Positions 19,076 through 29,727 of a stretch of 64,000 nt of DNA are shown in pieces; the first letter of the stretch is position 1; the number at the start of each line of letters is the position of its first letter. The stretch is from positions 193,607 through 257,606 of the forward strand of contig JAURFD010000003.1 in the NCBI GenBank assembly GCA_030827125.1, given 5' to 3'. Made by a program: the position numbers and the translations under genes. The notes under the pieces were generated by a model, which made no database searches, had not been told where the DNA came from, and worked only from the letters and a program-made list of their open reading frames with translations. Source of the stretch: Candidatus Nanopelagicales bacterium (GTDB lineage: Bacteria; Actinomycetota; Actinomycetes; S36-B12).

Positions 19076-22000
19076 GGTGACACCTCCACTCCATCTTCAG
19101 CGAGCACGGCCACATCGTCCTCGTCGATCTCATCATCGGCGACGTCGTCGTCGCGGACATGTCGGCGCCCAGGGAGGGCGAGGACCACGACGACGATCAC
19201 CAGGATGAGTTCACTCCATAGCCACCGGGTGCGTTCCCCGCTGTCCGCCGAAACCACGAGCGCGCCCGATGACTCCGGCGGGAGGGTGAACGACTGCAAC
19301 CCGTCAACTTCCGCCGCCAACTCCGTAGTGACCAGGGTGGCTCGCCACCGAGGGTCAGCTGTTTGAGCGAGGCTCAACGTCCCGCTCTCCTCGACCAGCA
19401 GGCCGCGGGCCAGTGGATCACCGTCGCGATTGACGACCGCCACCGGCGATGTCGCGTCGTCCGAGTCAATGCGCACGCGTGCCGTCGGGAGGACCACTCG
19501 CCAGAGCACTTCACCATCCTGCCCAGCCACGCGTCGAAGGCCGGGGGCCGAATCAAGGGTTCTCGTCACGCTGTCGGCGCGCGGTCCCTCGGTTTGCAGG
19601 ATGACGTAGCGCACCGCGTATTGGGCGAGGCCAACGACCTCGTCACCGCCGCGTCCGGACACCAGGCCGGAGACCAAACGATCCAGGCGTTCCCAATCCT
19701 GGGCCGGAGGTGCCACCGATCCGTCGCCGAGAGTCGGACCGGTGCCGTTGATGAGGGTGTACCCGACGGAGTCGACGTCCGGTGCGAGCAGAAGCGTGCG
19801 CGGCGCCTCGGGTCCGATGACCTCAGCGACGACAAACGGGGGCAGCAGGGCCGGGTCCGCTCGGTGGACAGGTCCGGAAGCCCCGGTCAACCACACCGCC
19901 GCGTAGGCGATGGGGACGAGAACGGCGGCCGCGGTCGCCAGCAGCGATACCGGCTGGCGCCAACTGAACGTCGAACCGGCCATGGACGCGCGCAGGCCAT
20001 CACCGGCGATGGCGACGGCCACGATGAGTGCGGCGCCGAGGAGGGCCACCGCCATGCCCGGCCAGAGTCGGACCGGGTCGGGAACACTGGGAACGGTCAC
20101 CTGAATGCCGGACAGGATGAGCGCCAACAGATAGGCAGCCAACGCCACACCCCACGCGGTGACGATCGCCGCCCGCCGGTGCGGACGCAGGATGGCCAGC
20201 ATGGCGGCCACGACCAGCCCGGCACCGATGAAGGTGAGGCTGACGCCCGGTCCACCGGGATCGAGGAAGGCGAGCTGCACCGCGCCCGCCGAGGGCTCGA
20301 CCAACGCCGGATCGAAGGCACCAAATTCGCCGAGGAAGAGAATCGGGTTCGTGACGAGCCGGAAGGACCACGGCACCAGCAGGGCCAACGGAACGAGCAC
20401 GAGGGCAAAGGCGCGCAGGACGAGTGTCACCGACAGGCTCCGGCGCAGGACGGCGGCGATGAGCGCAGCCACCACAGCGACGACGACCCACAGCCACACG
20501 ACGGGAGCGCCGGCAATCGCCAGGGCCAGCAGAAGCGAGGCAATCCACGGCGTCCGACCGCTCGATGGGGCAAGGTCGGTGGCAACGCCCAGGGAGCGAA
20601 CAACGAAGCGCGCCGCCAACGGCAGCACCACGATGGACAGCAGGACGCCGAGGCGACCAGTGGCCATGCCCGCCGTCAGGGTTGGCAGCAGTGCGTACGT
20701 CGCAGCAGCCCAGAGCCGAACCGGCCGCGAGGAGATCACGCCGAACATCGCGGACCACGCCGACAGACCGGCGAGCGCGGACGCCAGCAGCAGCGATAGG
20801 CCCACCGTCAGTGAGGCCTTGCCCAGGAGGAGGGTGGAGAGGGCGGCGAGGACGGCGATGGCGGGGGCGGCGGGCTCGAACGAACCAGGACCCACGTCAT
20901 GCCAGGGCCGCAAGTAGGTCGACCACAGGTCTGCGGCCCCGTCCGGACTCGGCAGGAGCGCGCCGCCGAAGAGGGAACCCTCACCCCACCACAGGCTGCG
21001 CCCGGCAACCAAGGTCACCAGGACCAGGGCGAGCGTGAGTCCCACGGTGGGCCGGGTGAGCGTGCGACGCAACCAGTTGCCGGCCGGATCATCGAAGAGG
21101 TCGGCATCGTCGGAGACCGGACCTGACTCCAGTGCTCCGGCGCTCGCTCCCGAGCCACGGCCCGAGGCCATGATTCCCCCGAGCGCTTCGATCGCCGCGC
21201 GGGCCTGCGTCGAGGCCCGCGGTCGCAGATCGTGCACGGCCGCATGGGACGACATGACCGACGTCTCGGCGCAGGACCGCCGCGCCGTGCGCAGGCGTCC
21301 CGGATGCGCAATGAGGACCCCGAGTGCCGCGAGTTCGTCACCGGCCCGGCGCAGGTCCTTGCCGAGCAGGTAGAGCAGCGAACGCAGCAGGGTGCCGACC
21401 ACGAGTCGGACGGCGGTGAAAGGCGCACGCCAGGCGGGCGTCTGCACCATGAGGACGTGGAGTGCCGACCGTCGGTCGAGTCGGTGCCCGCGTCCTGGAG
21501 CCGAGGAGCCTTCTCGACGACCGTGGTACGAGGCCTCACGGTGGTGGATCACTGCCTGGGGAACGACACGCACCTCGTAACCGGCGCGCCAGACTCGCCA
21601 ACAGAAGTCCAGGTCATCGCGGTAAAGCGGCAGCGCGGGATCGAACCCGCCGAGCTGGTCCCACACATCGCGTCGGATGAGCATGCCGGCGGAGCCCACC
21701 GCGTGAACGGCGTCGCGATCATCGTGCTGTCCCTGATCGTGCTCTCGCCGTTCCAAGCCCGTGACGCGGCGGCCGGATCCGGTGATGCTGAAGCCCATCT
21801 CGAGCAACAGCCGGCGGTCATGCCAACCTCGCGACTTGGGACCGAGGACGGCCGCGGAGGGGTGGGCCTCGGCGGCGAGGAGCAGTTGTTCGAGACAGTC
21901 CGGGGCCGGAGCGGAGTCGTCGTGCAGCAGCCAGATCCACTCCGTGGTGTCGACATCAAAGGCCTCATCGACATCGCTGCGAAGGACACCCGAACCCAAA

Positions 22001-22179
22001 CCGGCGGCGACGGCCGCACCGAAGCCCACGGGATGGGTGGGATCGAGCGCGGCGACTCGATCGTGCCCAAGGGCCTCGTTCAGAATGGCGGGACTGGCGT
22101 CGGTCGAACCGGCGTCGACCCCGACGATGGCTTGCGGATGCCGAGTCTGCCCCCCGAGGACGGTGAGGACCGCGGGCAA
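19072..22179 (-). CDS. Family-2 glycosyltransferase fused to a large polytopic membrane domain
   Basis: GT-A region with LLHDDSAP (DxD-like) followed by more than 10 predicted TM helices. The first canonical start is TTG at 22179, but the conserved beta1 strand VTAVLVARDG lies in frame upstream (see findings). Confidence 0.85.
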   Translation of the reverse strand: MPAVLTVLGGQTRHPQAIVGVDAGSTDASPAILNEALGHDRVAALDPTHPVGFGAAVAAGLGSGVLRSDVDEAFDVDTTEWIWLLHDDSAPAPDCLEQLLLAAEAHPSAAVLGPKSRGWHDRRLLLEMGFSITGSGRRVTGLERREHDQGQHDDRDAVHAVGSAGMLIRRDVWDQLGGFDPALPLYRDDLDFCWRVWRAGYEVRVVPQAVIHHREASYHGRREGSSAPGRGHRLDRRSALHVLMVQTPAWRAPFTAVRLVVGTLLRSLLYLLGKDLRRAGDELAALGVLIAHPGRLRTARRSCAETSVMSSHAAVHDLRPRASTQARAAIEALGGIMASGRGSGASAGALESGPVSDDADLFDDPAGNWLRRTLTRPTVGLTLALVLVTLVAGRSLWWGEGSLFGGALLPSPDGAADLWSTYLRPWHDVGPGSFEPAAPAIAVLAALSTLLLGKASLTVGLSLLLASALAGLSAWSAMFGVISSRPVRLWAAATYALLPTLTAGMATGRLGVLLSIVVLPLAARFVVRSLGVATDLAPSSGRTPWIASLLLALAIAGAPVVWLWVVVAVVAALIAAVLRRSLSVTLVLRAFALVLVPLALLVPWSFRLVTNPILFLGEFGAFDPALVEPSAGAVQLAFLDPGGPGVSLTFIGAGLVVAAMLAILRPHRRAAIVTAWGVALAAYLLALILSGIQVTVPSVPDPVRLWPGMAVALLGAALIVAVAIAGDGLRASMAGSTFSWRQPVSLLATAAAVLVPIAYAAVWLTGASGPVHRADPALLPPFVVAEVIGPEAPRTLLLAPDVDSVGYTLINGTGPTLGDGSVAPPAQDWERLDRLVSGLVSGRGGDEVVGLAQYAVRYVILQTEGPRADSVTRTLDSAPGLRRVAGQDGEVLWRVVLPTARVRIDSDDATSPVAVVNRDGDPLARGLLVEESGTLSLAQTADPRWRATLVTTELAAEVDGLQSFTLPPESSGALVVSADSGERTRWLWSELILVIVVVVLALPGRRHVRDDDVADDEIDEDDVAVLAEDGVEVSP

Positions 22180-22232
22180 CCAGACCGCGCCATCACGGGC
22201 AACGAGGACTGCAGTGACGCGGTGGTTCCCGG

Positions 22233-22490
22233 TCAGACCGCCTGCTTCTTCAGCCGGCGACGCTCGCGCTCGGACAGGCCGCCCCAGATGCCGAAGCGCT
22301 CGTCATTGGCGAGGGCGTACTCCAGGCAGTCCCCGCGAACGTCGCACGACAGGCAGACCCGCTTGGCCTCTCGCGTGCTGCCGCCCTTCTCAGGGAAGAA
22401 GGCCTCCGGGTCAGTCTGGGCGCACAGGGCGCGCTCCTGCCACTCGGGTGCCTCAGCTTCGGTCAACGGCAGGAGAACAGGTTCACTCAC
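22233..22490 (-). CDS. whiB: WhiB-family [4Fe-4S] transcription factor (WhiB2/WhmD-like by synteny)
   Basis: 85 aa. Four Cys (C..C-x2-C-x5-C: ALCAQ...CLSCDVRGDC), GIWGG turn and basic tail RRRLKKQ. GTG start is preceded by GGGAGGAGGG. Confidence 0.9.
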   Translation of the reverse strand: MSEPVLLPLTEAEAPEWQERALCAQTDPEAFFPEKGGSTREAKRVCLSCDVRGDCLEYALANDERFGIWGGLSERERRRLKKQAV

Positions 22491-22593
22491 TGCCGGCCCT
22501 CCTCCCAGTGACGGACCCGTGGGCCCGGCGAATCACACCGGTGTCATTACATAGGTCATTGAGGCGTCCGTCAAGCCCATGCGATGAATCCGG

Positions 22594-25134
22594 TCAGGTG
22601 CGGGCGGTCAGGACCGGTGCCTGGTACGTCGTCCCGCGCTGCCTCGGCCGGCGTCCCGCCGACCGGATGAGGCCCTCCAAATCGGACACCGTTCGGGCAG
22701 ATCCGTGGCCGGATCCGGCCATCCGGCTGATGGTCTCCTCCATCAGGGTTCCACCCACATCGTCTGCGCCCGCGGCCAGGAGCGCTCGGCAACCGTCATC
22801 TCCCACCTTGACCCAGGAGCACTGCACGTGGTCGATGGCCCCGTGCAGCATGAGCCGCGCCATCGCATGGACGGCGAGGATGTCGCGGAACTCCGGACCC
22901 GGTCGAGCAACCCCGGCGAGATAGATCGGTGACTGGTGATGGACGAAGGGCAGGGGGACGAACTCGGTGAATCCGCCGGTGTCCTCCTGAAGGCCGCGGA
23001 TCGTCCGCAGATGGTCGACCCAGTGATACGGCGCGTCCACGTGGCCGAACATCATCGTGGCCGTTGACGGCAGGCCGACCTGATGGGCCGTGCGGACCAC
23101 ATCGATCCACGTCTGCGTCGACAACTTGCCCTTGGTGAGGATCCAGCGGACTTCATCATCGAGGATCTCGGCTGCCGTCCCCGGGATCGAATCCAACCCG
23201 GCCGCCTTGGCGTGCGTGAGCCACTCCCGGATCGACATATTGGCGCGGGTGGCACCGTTGACGATCTCCATGGGCGAGAAGGCATGGAGGTGCACCGCCG
23301 GCTCTGCTTCTTTCACAGCTCGGGCTAGATCGAAGTACGCCGTCCCGGGCAGGTCCGGATGGATACCGCCCTGCATGCAGATCTCCGTGGCGCCAGCGTC
23401 CACGGCCTCCCGCACTCGCTCGGCGATCTGCTGCGTCGACAGGGTGAAGGCGTCCGCGTCCTTCTCGCGCTGCGCGAACGCACAGAACCGGCAGCCGGTG
23501 TAACAGACGTTCGTGAAGTTGATATTGCGATTGACGACGTAGGTGACCTCGTCGCCCACGACGTCTGCACGAACCGCGTCTGCCAGGCCGGCCAGCGCCG
23601 CCAGGGCCTCGCCCTCCGCGCCCATGAGCGCCACCGCCGCCTGGTGATGCTCCGGCGCCGCCAGGAGTGCCGGATCTCGCTCAGCCAGGGCCAGTGCCGC
23701 CCGGAGGTCGTGATCGAGCCGCTCGGGGGCGCGCACGGCCCGCGCCCGCTCCCCCACCTCCTGCCAATCGCCGTAGACCTCGGCGATATCCGATCGAGTC
23801 TCGGTGCGACGTCCTTCAAGGTCGATATCGAGGTGGAGATCCACCCGGCCGCCAGCCTGCCGCTGGGCGAACTGCGCGTACGCATCCGCATCGGTGCCGG
23901 GCTCCTGCCAGGGCCGGCCCGCCGGTGCGCACGGCTGCCGGAGCAGGCCGTCTGCGTCGGCGAGGGCATCGACATGCTCACGCACCCGCGGGTCAATCCA
24001 GTCCTCGGTGGCGACGTACTCCGGGTGCACGGTCAACCGCGGACGCAGCCGGAAACCGGCGGCGGCAGTTGCCTCGGCCAGAGCGTCCAGATGCGGCCAC
24101 GGACGCTCGGGGTTGACGTGATCAGGTGTTACGGGGCTCACGCCACCCCAGTCATCGACGCCGGCACGCAGCAGATCAGCGAGTTCAGCGACATCGCTCA
24201 GGTTGGGCGGTGCCTGCAGGCGCACCGCGGGACCGAGCAGGATGCGGGCCGTCGCCAAGGTCGCCAGGTAGGACTCGCGGTCAAGGTCGGGCTCGCCGCG
24301 CATCGCCGTGTCGTCCTTGGCGCGGAAGTTCTGGACGATCACCTCCTGCAGGTGCCGGTGTCGTCGGTGGGTGGCCCGCAGCGCCATCAGCGCATCCACG
24401 CGCTCGTCGACGTTCTCACCGATTCCGACGAGGATGCCGGAGGTGAAGGGGACCCGGAGCCGACCGGCATCCTCGAGCACCTGCAACCGCACGCGCGGTT
24501 CCTTGTCCGGGCTCCCGAAGTGCGGCCCGCCGGGCTCGGACCACAGGCGCTCCGCGGTGGTCTCGAGCATCATGCCCATGCTCGGCGCCACCGGACGAAG
24601 TCGGCGCATCTCCTCCCACGACATGACGCCCGGATTGAGATGTGGCAGGAGCCCGGTCTCCTCCAGCACGCGGATCGCCATCGCGCGCACATAGGACAAC
24701 GTGTCGGGATATCCCGCCTCGTCCAACCACTCCCGAGCCGCCGGCCAGCGGTCCTCCGGTCGGTCCCCGAGCGTGAAGAGTGCCTCGGCGCAGCCACGAG
24801 CCGCACCGTCCCGGGCAATGTCGAGGATCTCGTCGGGCGACAGGTACGGCGCCGGCAATCGGTGCGGCACCGTCGCGAAGGTGCAGTAGTGGCATCGGTC
24901 ACGGCACAACCGGGTCACCGGGACGAAGACCTTCGGTGAGTAGGTCACCACTCCGGCGAGCCCACTGTCCCGTCGACCGCGGTCGCGCAGCTCCCCCGCC
25001 ACGTCGAGCAGGTCGGCCAGGGCGGCGCCCCGAGCCTCCGCGAGGGCCACCGCCTCATCATGGTCCAGGGTTTGCCCCTTGCGCGCCCGCGCGAGCGATC
25101 GCCGCAAGGCGTGGTCGTTCGTCGGGCTGCCCAC
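22594..25134 (-). CDS. fbiC: Bifunctional FO synthase (CofG+CofH), F420 chromophore biosynthesis
   Basis: 846 aa with two radical-SAM cluster motifs, [10 protein letters not shown] (N-terminal half) and [10 protein letters not shown] (C-terminal half). Confidence 0.93.
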   Translation of the reverse strand: MGSPTNDHALRRSLARARKGQTLDHDEAVALAEARGAALADLLDVAGELRDRGRRDSGLAGVVTYSPKVFVPVTRLCRDRCHYCTFATVPHRLPAPYLSPDEILDIARDGAARGCAEALFTLGDRPEDRWPAAREWLDEAGYPDTLSYVRAMAIRVLEETGLLPHLNPGVMSWEEMRRLRPVAPSMGMMLETTAERLWSEPGGPHFGSPDKEPRVRLQVLEDAGRLRVPFTSGILVGIGENVDERVDALMALRATHRRHRHLQEVIVQNFRAKDDTAMRGEPDLDRESYLATLATARILLGPAVRLQAPPNLSDVAELADLLRAGVDDWGGVSPVTPDHVNPERPWPHLDALAEATAAAGFRLRPRLTVHPEYVATEDWIDPRVREHVDALADADGLLRQPCAPAGRPWQEPGTDADAYAQFAQRQAGGRVDLHLDIDLEGRRTETRSDIAEVYGDWQEVGERARAVRAPERLDHDLRAALALAERDPALLAAPEHHQAAVALMGAEGEALAALAGLADAVRADVVGDEVTYVVNRNINFTNVCYTGCRFCAFAQREKDADAFTLSTQQIAERVREAVDAGATEICMQGGIHPDLPGTAYFDLARAVKEAEPAVHLHAFSPMEIVNGATRANMSIREWLTHAKAAGLDSIPGTAAEILDDEVRWILTKGKLSTQTWIDVVRTAHQVGLPSTATMMFGHVDAPYHWVDHLRTIRGLQEDTGGFTEFVPLPFVHHQSPIYLAGVARPGPEFRDILAVHAMARLMLHGAIDHVQCSWVKVGDDGCRALLAAGADDVGGTLMEETISRMAGSGHGSARTVSDLEGLIRSAGRRPRQRGTTYQAPVLTART

Positions 25135-25151
25135 CGTGACACCCTAAGGGA

Positions 25152-26156
25152 ATGAATAGGGGTACACCTCAACGGCTCGTCGTGCCGGCCGGCGGCATCG
25201 GTGGCGCTCGATTCCTGCAGGGCCTGCTCGCTCAGGTGGAGTCCGACACCGAGATCACGGTGATCGGCAACACCGGTGATGACATCTGGCTGCACGGGCT
25301 GCGCGTCTGCCCCGATCTCGACACGGTGATGTACACCCTGGGCGGCGGCATCAGCGTCGAGCGAGGCTGGGGCCGCGAGGGTGAGACCTTCACGGTCAAG
25401 GACGAGTTGGCGGCGTACGGCGTCGAGCCGACCTGGTTCGGCCTCGGCGACCGCGACATCGCCACCCATCTGGTCCGAACGCGCATGCTTCAGGCGGGCT
25501 ACCCCCTGTCCGCGGTCACCGAGGCCCTGTGCACGCGCTGGCAGCCCGGGGTTCGGCTGCTGCCCATGACCGATGACCGAGCGGAGACCCACGTCATCGT
25601 CGATGATCCCGACGGCGCCGTCGCCGACGACGGCAGTCCGCAGCGACGAGCGCTGCACTTCCAGGAGTGGTGGGTGCGCTACCGCGCGTCGCTCCCGGCG
25701 CACGAGATCGTGCTCGTGGGCGGCGACGAAGCCGGCCCCGCACCCGGAGTCCTCGAGGCCATCGCTACGGCCGATGCGATCATCCTGCCGCCATCCAATC
25801 CGGTGGTCTCGATCGGGACGATCCTGCAGGTACGGGGGCTGCGCGACGCGCTGCGCGACAGTGGCGCGCCGGTGGTTGGGGTGTCTCCCATCATTGGCGG
25901 CCGACCCGTGCGGGGTATGGCCGACGCGTGCCTGTCCGCCATCGGCGTCGAGACCAGCGCCCAGGCGGTGGGCGAGCACTACGGCTCTCGGCAGCACGGG
26001 GGCCTGCTGGACGGGTGGCTGGTCGACAGCGTCGACGACGAGGTGGCGATCCCCGATGTCATCGTGGAAGCGCTGCCGCTGCTCATGTCCGACCCCGAAT
26101 CCACCGGCCGCATCGCCGCGGCCGCCCTCCACCTCGCCGAGCGGTTGCGTCCATGA
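25152..26156 (+). CDS. fbiA: 2-phospho-L-lactate transferase (CofD)
   Basis: 334 aa. N-terminal [13 protein letters not shown] and [12 protein letters not shown] motifs. Followed by fbiB through an ATGA overlap. Confidence 0.92.
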   Translation: MNRGTPQRLVVPAGGIGGARFLQGLLAQVESDTEITVIGNTGDDIWLHGLRVCPDLDTVMYTLGGGISVERGWGREGETFTVKDELAAYGVEPTWFGLGDRDIATHLVRTRMLQAGYPLSAVTEALCTRWQPGVRLLPMTDDRAETHVIVDDPDGAVADDGSPQRRALHFQEWWVRYRASLPAHEIVLVGGDEAGPAPGVLEAIATADAIILPPSNPVVSIGTILQVRGLRDALRDSGAPVVGVSPIIGGRPVRGMADACLSAIGVETSAQAVGEHYGSRQHGGLLDGWLVDSVDDEVAIPDVIVEALPLLMSDPESTGRIAAAALHLAERLRP

Positions 26157-27508
26157 GCGAAACCGTGACGATCCTGCCCCTGATCGGGATCGCAGAGATC
26201 ACCGAGGGTGCTGACCTGGGCGCGTTAGTCGCCGAGGCGGCGGCCAAAGTGGAGTGGCCCGACGGATCGACGGGTCTCGCCGATGGCGACATCGTCGTGG
26301 TGTCGAGCAAGGTGGTGAGCAAAGCCGAAGGTCGTTGGGTGCCGTCTGCCGACCGTGAACGAGCGATCGACGACGAGGCAATCGCCACGGTTGCCACGAA
26401 GCAAACCCCACACGGCGTCACGCGAATCGTGCGAACACGCACAGGTCTGGTCCTGGCCGCCGCGGGAATCGACGCCAGCGATGTGCCGGGTGATCGGGTG
26501 CTGCTGCTCCCCGTCGACCCCGATGCCTCGGCGCGCAGCATGCGTCAACGCATGTCCACGCTGAGCACCGCGCGCATCGGAGTCGTCATCACCGACACGC
26601 TCGGACGCGCGTGGCGCGATGGCCTCACCGACTGCGCGATCGGTGCGGCCGGGGTGATCCCGCTCATTGATCATCGGGGGCTTCCCGATCGCGAGGGTCG
26701 GATCATGGATGCGACGGTGATCGCGACCGCAGACGAGATTGCCTCCGCCGCCGATCTGGTCAAGGGCAAGGCGCAGGGCGTGCCTGCCGCAATCATCCGC
26801 GGTCTGGGTGCTCTCGTCACCGGCGAGGACGGCCCCGGCGCCGCGGCGATGGTGCGGCCCGAGGCGGAGGATCTGTTCACTCTGGGAACGGCGGAGGCCA
26901 TGACCATTGGTCGACGCGAGGCGGTCGCGGCACGACGTACGGTCCGAAGTTTTGCGGACCGGGACGTGCCCGACGAGATCATCGAAGCGGCGGTCGCCGC
27001 TGCGGTGACAGCGCCCTCACCGCATCACACGACCCCCTGGCACTTCGTCATCATCGACGATGACGACACCCGGACCACACTGCTCGACGCCATGCGTGAT
27101 GCGTGGATCGCCGATCTTCGCGGTCTCGACCAGTTCGACGAGGACGCGATCGCGCGTCGGGTGAAGCGTGGCGATGTGCTCCGTCGATCGCCGGTGCTCG
27201 TCCTTCCCTTCCTCGACCTTGCCGCGGCGATGCACGACTACCCCGATGAACGCCGACGCGGGGCCGAGCGCGATCTGTTCCTGCTCGCGGGTGGCGCGGC
27301 CGTGGAGAACTTCATGGTGGCGTTGGCCGCACATGATGTGGGCAGCGCCTGGATTTCGAGCACGGTCTTCTGTGCTGACACCGTCCAGCGTGTGCTCGAC
27401 CTGCCGGCGTCCTGGCAACCACTAGGGGGGATCGCGGTGGGATTTGCCGACGATCCAGCTGCGCCACGCGAACCCCGCGACCCGACGGGCTTCCTCCACC
27501 GAATCTGA
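26153..27508 (+). CDS. fbiB: F420-0:gamma-glutamyl ligase with C-terminal nitroreductase-like domain (CofE fusion)
   Basis: ATG at 26153 overlaps the fbiA TGA. CofE region ([13 protein letters not shown]) followed by a nitroreductase fold (RRTVRSF). The track ORF is extended 486 nt upstream, inside fbiA. Confidence 0.9.
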   Translation: MSETVTILPLIGIAEITEGADLGALVAEAAAKVEWPDGSTGLADGDIVVVSSKVVSKAEGRWVPSADRERAIDDEAIATVATKQTPHGVTRIVRTRTGLVLAAAGIDASDVPGDRVLLLPVDPDASARSMRQRMSTLSTARIGVVITDTLGRAWRDGLTDCAIGAAGVIPLIDHRGLPDREGRIMDATVIATADEIASAADLVKGKAQGVPAAIIRGLGALVTGEDGPGAAAMVRPEAEDLFTLGTAEAMTIGRREAVAARRTVRSFADRDVPDEIIEAAVAAAVTAPSPHHTTPWHFVIIDDDDTRTTLLDAMRDAWIADLRGLDQFDEDAIARRVKRGDVLRRSPVLVLPFLDLAAAMHDYPDERRRGAERDLFLLAGGAAVENFMVALAAHDVGSAWISSTVFCADTVQRVLDLPASWQPLGGIAVGFADDPAAPREPRDPTGFLHRI

Positions 27509-27528
27509 CGCGGAGTGGTAGCGAGAGC

Positions 27529-28605
27529 CTAGGCGTCGGTGGAGAAGCGGATCGAGGTGTCGGCCAACTCGACATCGGGCCAGATCCGAGCGCCACCGCG
27601 CAGTTCATTGCCCGATCCGATGCGGGCGCGATCCCCGATCACGGCGTCCTCGACGACCGCGGTTGCACCAACCACCGCATCCGCGCCCACCACCGACGAG
27701 ACGACTCGCGCGCCCGACTCGACGCTGGCCCCATCGAGAAGCACCGAGCCCACCACTTCGGCATCGGCGGCCACCGTCGCCCCTCGCCCGATGCACGATC
27801 CGGCGCTGACCCGCGCGGACCCCGCGACACTGCCTCCCTCGAGCACGAGCGCGTCCGCGGGCTCGTGCCCCGGCCAGGGGGCCCTACCGAGCACCAGATC
27901 TGCCGAGCCGCGGACGAAGTCCTGCGGGGTGCCGAGATCGAGCCAGTAGGCGTCATCAACGACGCCACGCACGAGTTCGTCGGCGGCGAGCAACTCCGGG
28001 AAGGTCTCGCGCTCCACCGACACGACACGTCCTGACGGAATGGTGTCGATCACCGAACGCCGGAAGACGTAGCAGCCCGCGTTGATCTGGTCGGTCACGA
28101 TTTCCTCGGGCGTTGTCGGCTTCTCGCGAAACTCCAACACGCGGCCGTGCGGATCGGTCGGCACCAGCCCATACCGCCGCGGGTCATCGACACGGGTGAG
28201 GTGGAGCGTGACCGCCGCATCCGCAGCCACGTGTCCAGCGATGAGAGCGGCATAGTCCACCCCGCTGAGGACATCGCCGTTGAGGACGGCGACGGGGTCG
28301 TCCGGTCCACTCACCAGCAGATCGGCGGCATGCCGGATCGCCCCGCCGGTGCCGAGCGGCTCGTCCTCCACGGCGTAGACGATCTCGACGCCAAGATCCG
28401 ATCCGTCGCCGAGACCCTCGGCGAACACGTCCGCCCGGTACGACGTGCCGAGGATCACGCGATCAATGCCCGCCGAGCGAAGCCGCTCGATCTGGTGCAC
28501 CGTGACCGGCACCCCTGCGACCTTGAGCATGGGCTTGGGAGTGGCGATGGTGAGGGGACGCAAACGTGTGCCCTGTCCGCCCACCAGCAGGATCGCTTCG
28601 CGCAT
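27529..28605 (-). CDS. Mannose-1-phosphate guanylyltransferase / NDP-sugar pyrophosphorylase with C-terminal left-handed beta-helix
   Basis: MREAILLVGGQGTRLRPLT signature with C-terminal hexapeptide repeats. I chose the ATG at 28605 (M11 of the track ORF). Confidence 0.85.
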   Translation of the reverse strand: MREAILLVGGQGTRLRPLTIATPKPMLKVAGVPVTVHQIERLRSAGIDRVILGTSYRADVFAEGLGDGSDLGVEIVYAVEDEPLGTGGAIRHAADLLVSGPDDPVAVLNGDVLSGVDYAALIAGHVAADAAVTLHLTRVDDPRRYGLVPTDPHGRVLEFREKPTTPEEIVTDQINAGCYVFRRSVIDTIPSGRVVSVERETFPELLAADELVRGVVDDAYWLDLGTPQDFVRGSADLVLGRAPWPGHEPADALVLEGGSVAGSARVSAGSCIGRGATVAADAEVVGSVLLDGASVESGARVVSSVVGADAVVGATAVVEDAVIGDRARIGSGNELRGGARIWPDVELADTSIRFSTDA

Positions 28606-28639
28606 GGCCCCATCCCACCACGGCGGGCCACACAAGACG

Positions 28640-28669
28640 GTGGGGCCCGGCCAATTGGCCGGGCCCCAC
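28640..28669 (-). terminator. Perfect GC-rich palindrome, likely terminator of the betaine operon
   Basis: GGGGCCCGGCC-AATT-GGCCGGGCCCC (28642-28667), extendable by flanking pairs. It lies 24 nt downstream of the opuAC stop on the minus strand. No U-tail. Confidence 0.5.
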
Positions 28670-28692
28670 TGGTTAGTGCGGGTGAGCGTCGA

Positions 28693-29727
28693 TCAGGACG
28701 CGCCGGTCCCTTCGAGCCACTTGGCAACGACATCAGGATGCGCGGCGATCCACTCCGCGGCCGCCTCCTCCGGAGTCATGCCACCTTCAATGTTGGCGGC
28801 AACCTGGTTCTGATCCTCGTTGGTCCACTCGAAGTTCTGGACCAGGACCGCGAACGGGCTGCCCGAATCCATCAGGGACAGCGTGGCGAGCTTGACCAGC
28901 GGCGTCTCCGGGTAGTCGGTCAGGCCGCTCGCCTCAGCAGCATCGGTCCAGTCATTGGCCGGGAAGTTGATGCGGCAAAGGGGGACCTGTGCCAGGAAGT
29001 TCTGCGGCTCGTAGAAGTAGCCGAGCACCGCAGTCTTATCCTCACTGCCCTTCGTGAAGACATCGATGAGGGCAGCCTCAGAACCGGTGTTGATGACCTT
29101 GAAGTTCAGGTCGTAGGCCTCGATGATCTTCTCGCCAATGGTGGTGTATCCGGGCGGGCCCTCGTACCAGGCACCCTTGTCGCCGCTCTCCGGCGTGACG
29201 AAGAGCTCGGCGTACTCGTTGAGCTTCGTGCCGTCGGTGATGTCCGGGTATTCGTCGCACATCCACTGCGGGACGAACATGCCAATGAGGCCGATGTTGC
29301 CGTTGTAGCCGACCTCGACGATGGCGCCGCGGTCAACCCACTCCTGCCAGCGACCACCGCCCCAGTCCTCGATGATGACGTCGACCGAGCCGGCCTCCAT
29401 GGCGTCATAGGTGACGCTGGCTTCGTCAAGCTGGGTCTGCGTGATGTCGCAGCCCAACTTCTCGCGCGCAACATCACTGAGAACCTGAGCGGAAGCGGTA
29501 TAGCCGACCCACGCGTGCATCGCAACACCCCAGGATCCGCAGTCGACCGGGGCGGCCTCCGATGAGGATTCCGAAGAACTTTCCGATGCTGACGAACTTG
29601 AACTCTCCGACGCCGAAGACGACGACGAGCCCGCATCCGAATTGACACCGCCGCCGCAGGCCGCGAGGGCCAGTCCGGCAGTGGCGAGCGCGACCATGAG
29701 GCCAGCACCCTTACCTACTCGTTTCAT
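28693..29727 (-). CDS. opuAC: Glycine betaine/choline-type ABC transporter substrate-binding lipoprotein
   Basis: Lipobox LALAAC and a Ser/Glu-rich linker (SSSSSASESSSSSASESSSESSSE), followed by a ProX/OpuAC-like domain with aromatic box residues (W..W..Y). Confidence 0.85.
   Translation of the reverse strand: MKRVGKGAGLMVALATAGLALAACGGGVNSDAGSSSSSASESSSSSASESSSESSSEAAPVDCGSWGVAMHAWVGYTASAQVLSDVAREKLGCDITQTQLDEASVTYDAMEAGSVDVIIEDWGGGRWQEWVDRGAIVEVGYNGNIGLIGMFVPQWMCDEYPDITDGTKLNEYAELFVTPESGDKGAWYEGPPGYTTIGEKIIEAYDLNFKVINTGSEAALIDVFTKGSEDKTAVLGYFYEPQNFLAQVPLCRINFPANDWTDAAEASGLTDYPETPLVKLATLSLMDSGSPFAVLVQNFEWTNEDQNQVAANIEGGMTPEEAAAEWIAAHPDVVAKWLEGTGAS

Noticed and set aside
25667-26152. Long N-terminal extensions in the ORF track. 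Examples: 25667 for fbiB, 39287 for metF, 47570 for etfA, 42855 for DUF1638, 11679 for lpqB, 59445 for fdsG, 57335 for fdsA, 17016 for pmm, 15411 for manA, 54528 for fdsD and 54175 for the SDR.
   Set aside because: The extensions lie inside the preceding gene in another frame and read as Arg/Pro-rich nonsense. In each case an internal ATG or GTG coincides with the upstream stop (ATGA/GTGA or a few nt away) and with the start of family homology.
29560-29650. Apparent low-complexity or repeat DNA in the opuAC 5' region.
   Set aside because: It encodes the Ser/Glu-rich linker after the lipobox. The DNA is codon-diverse rather than a true tandem repeat, and it is not CRISPR-like.
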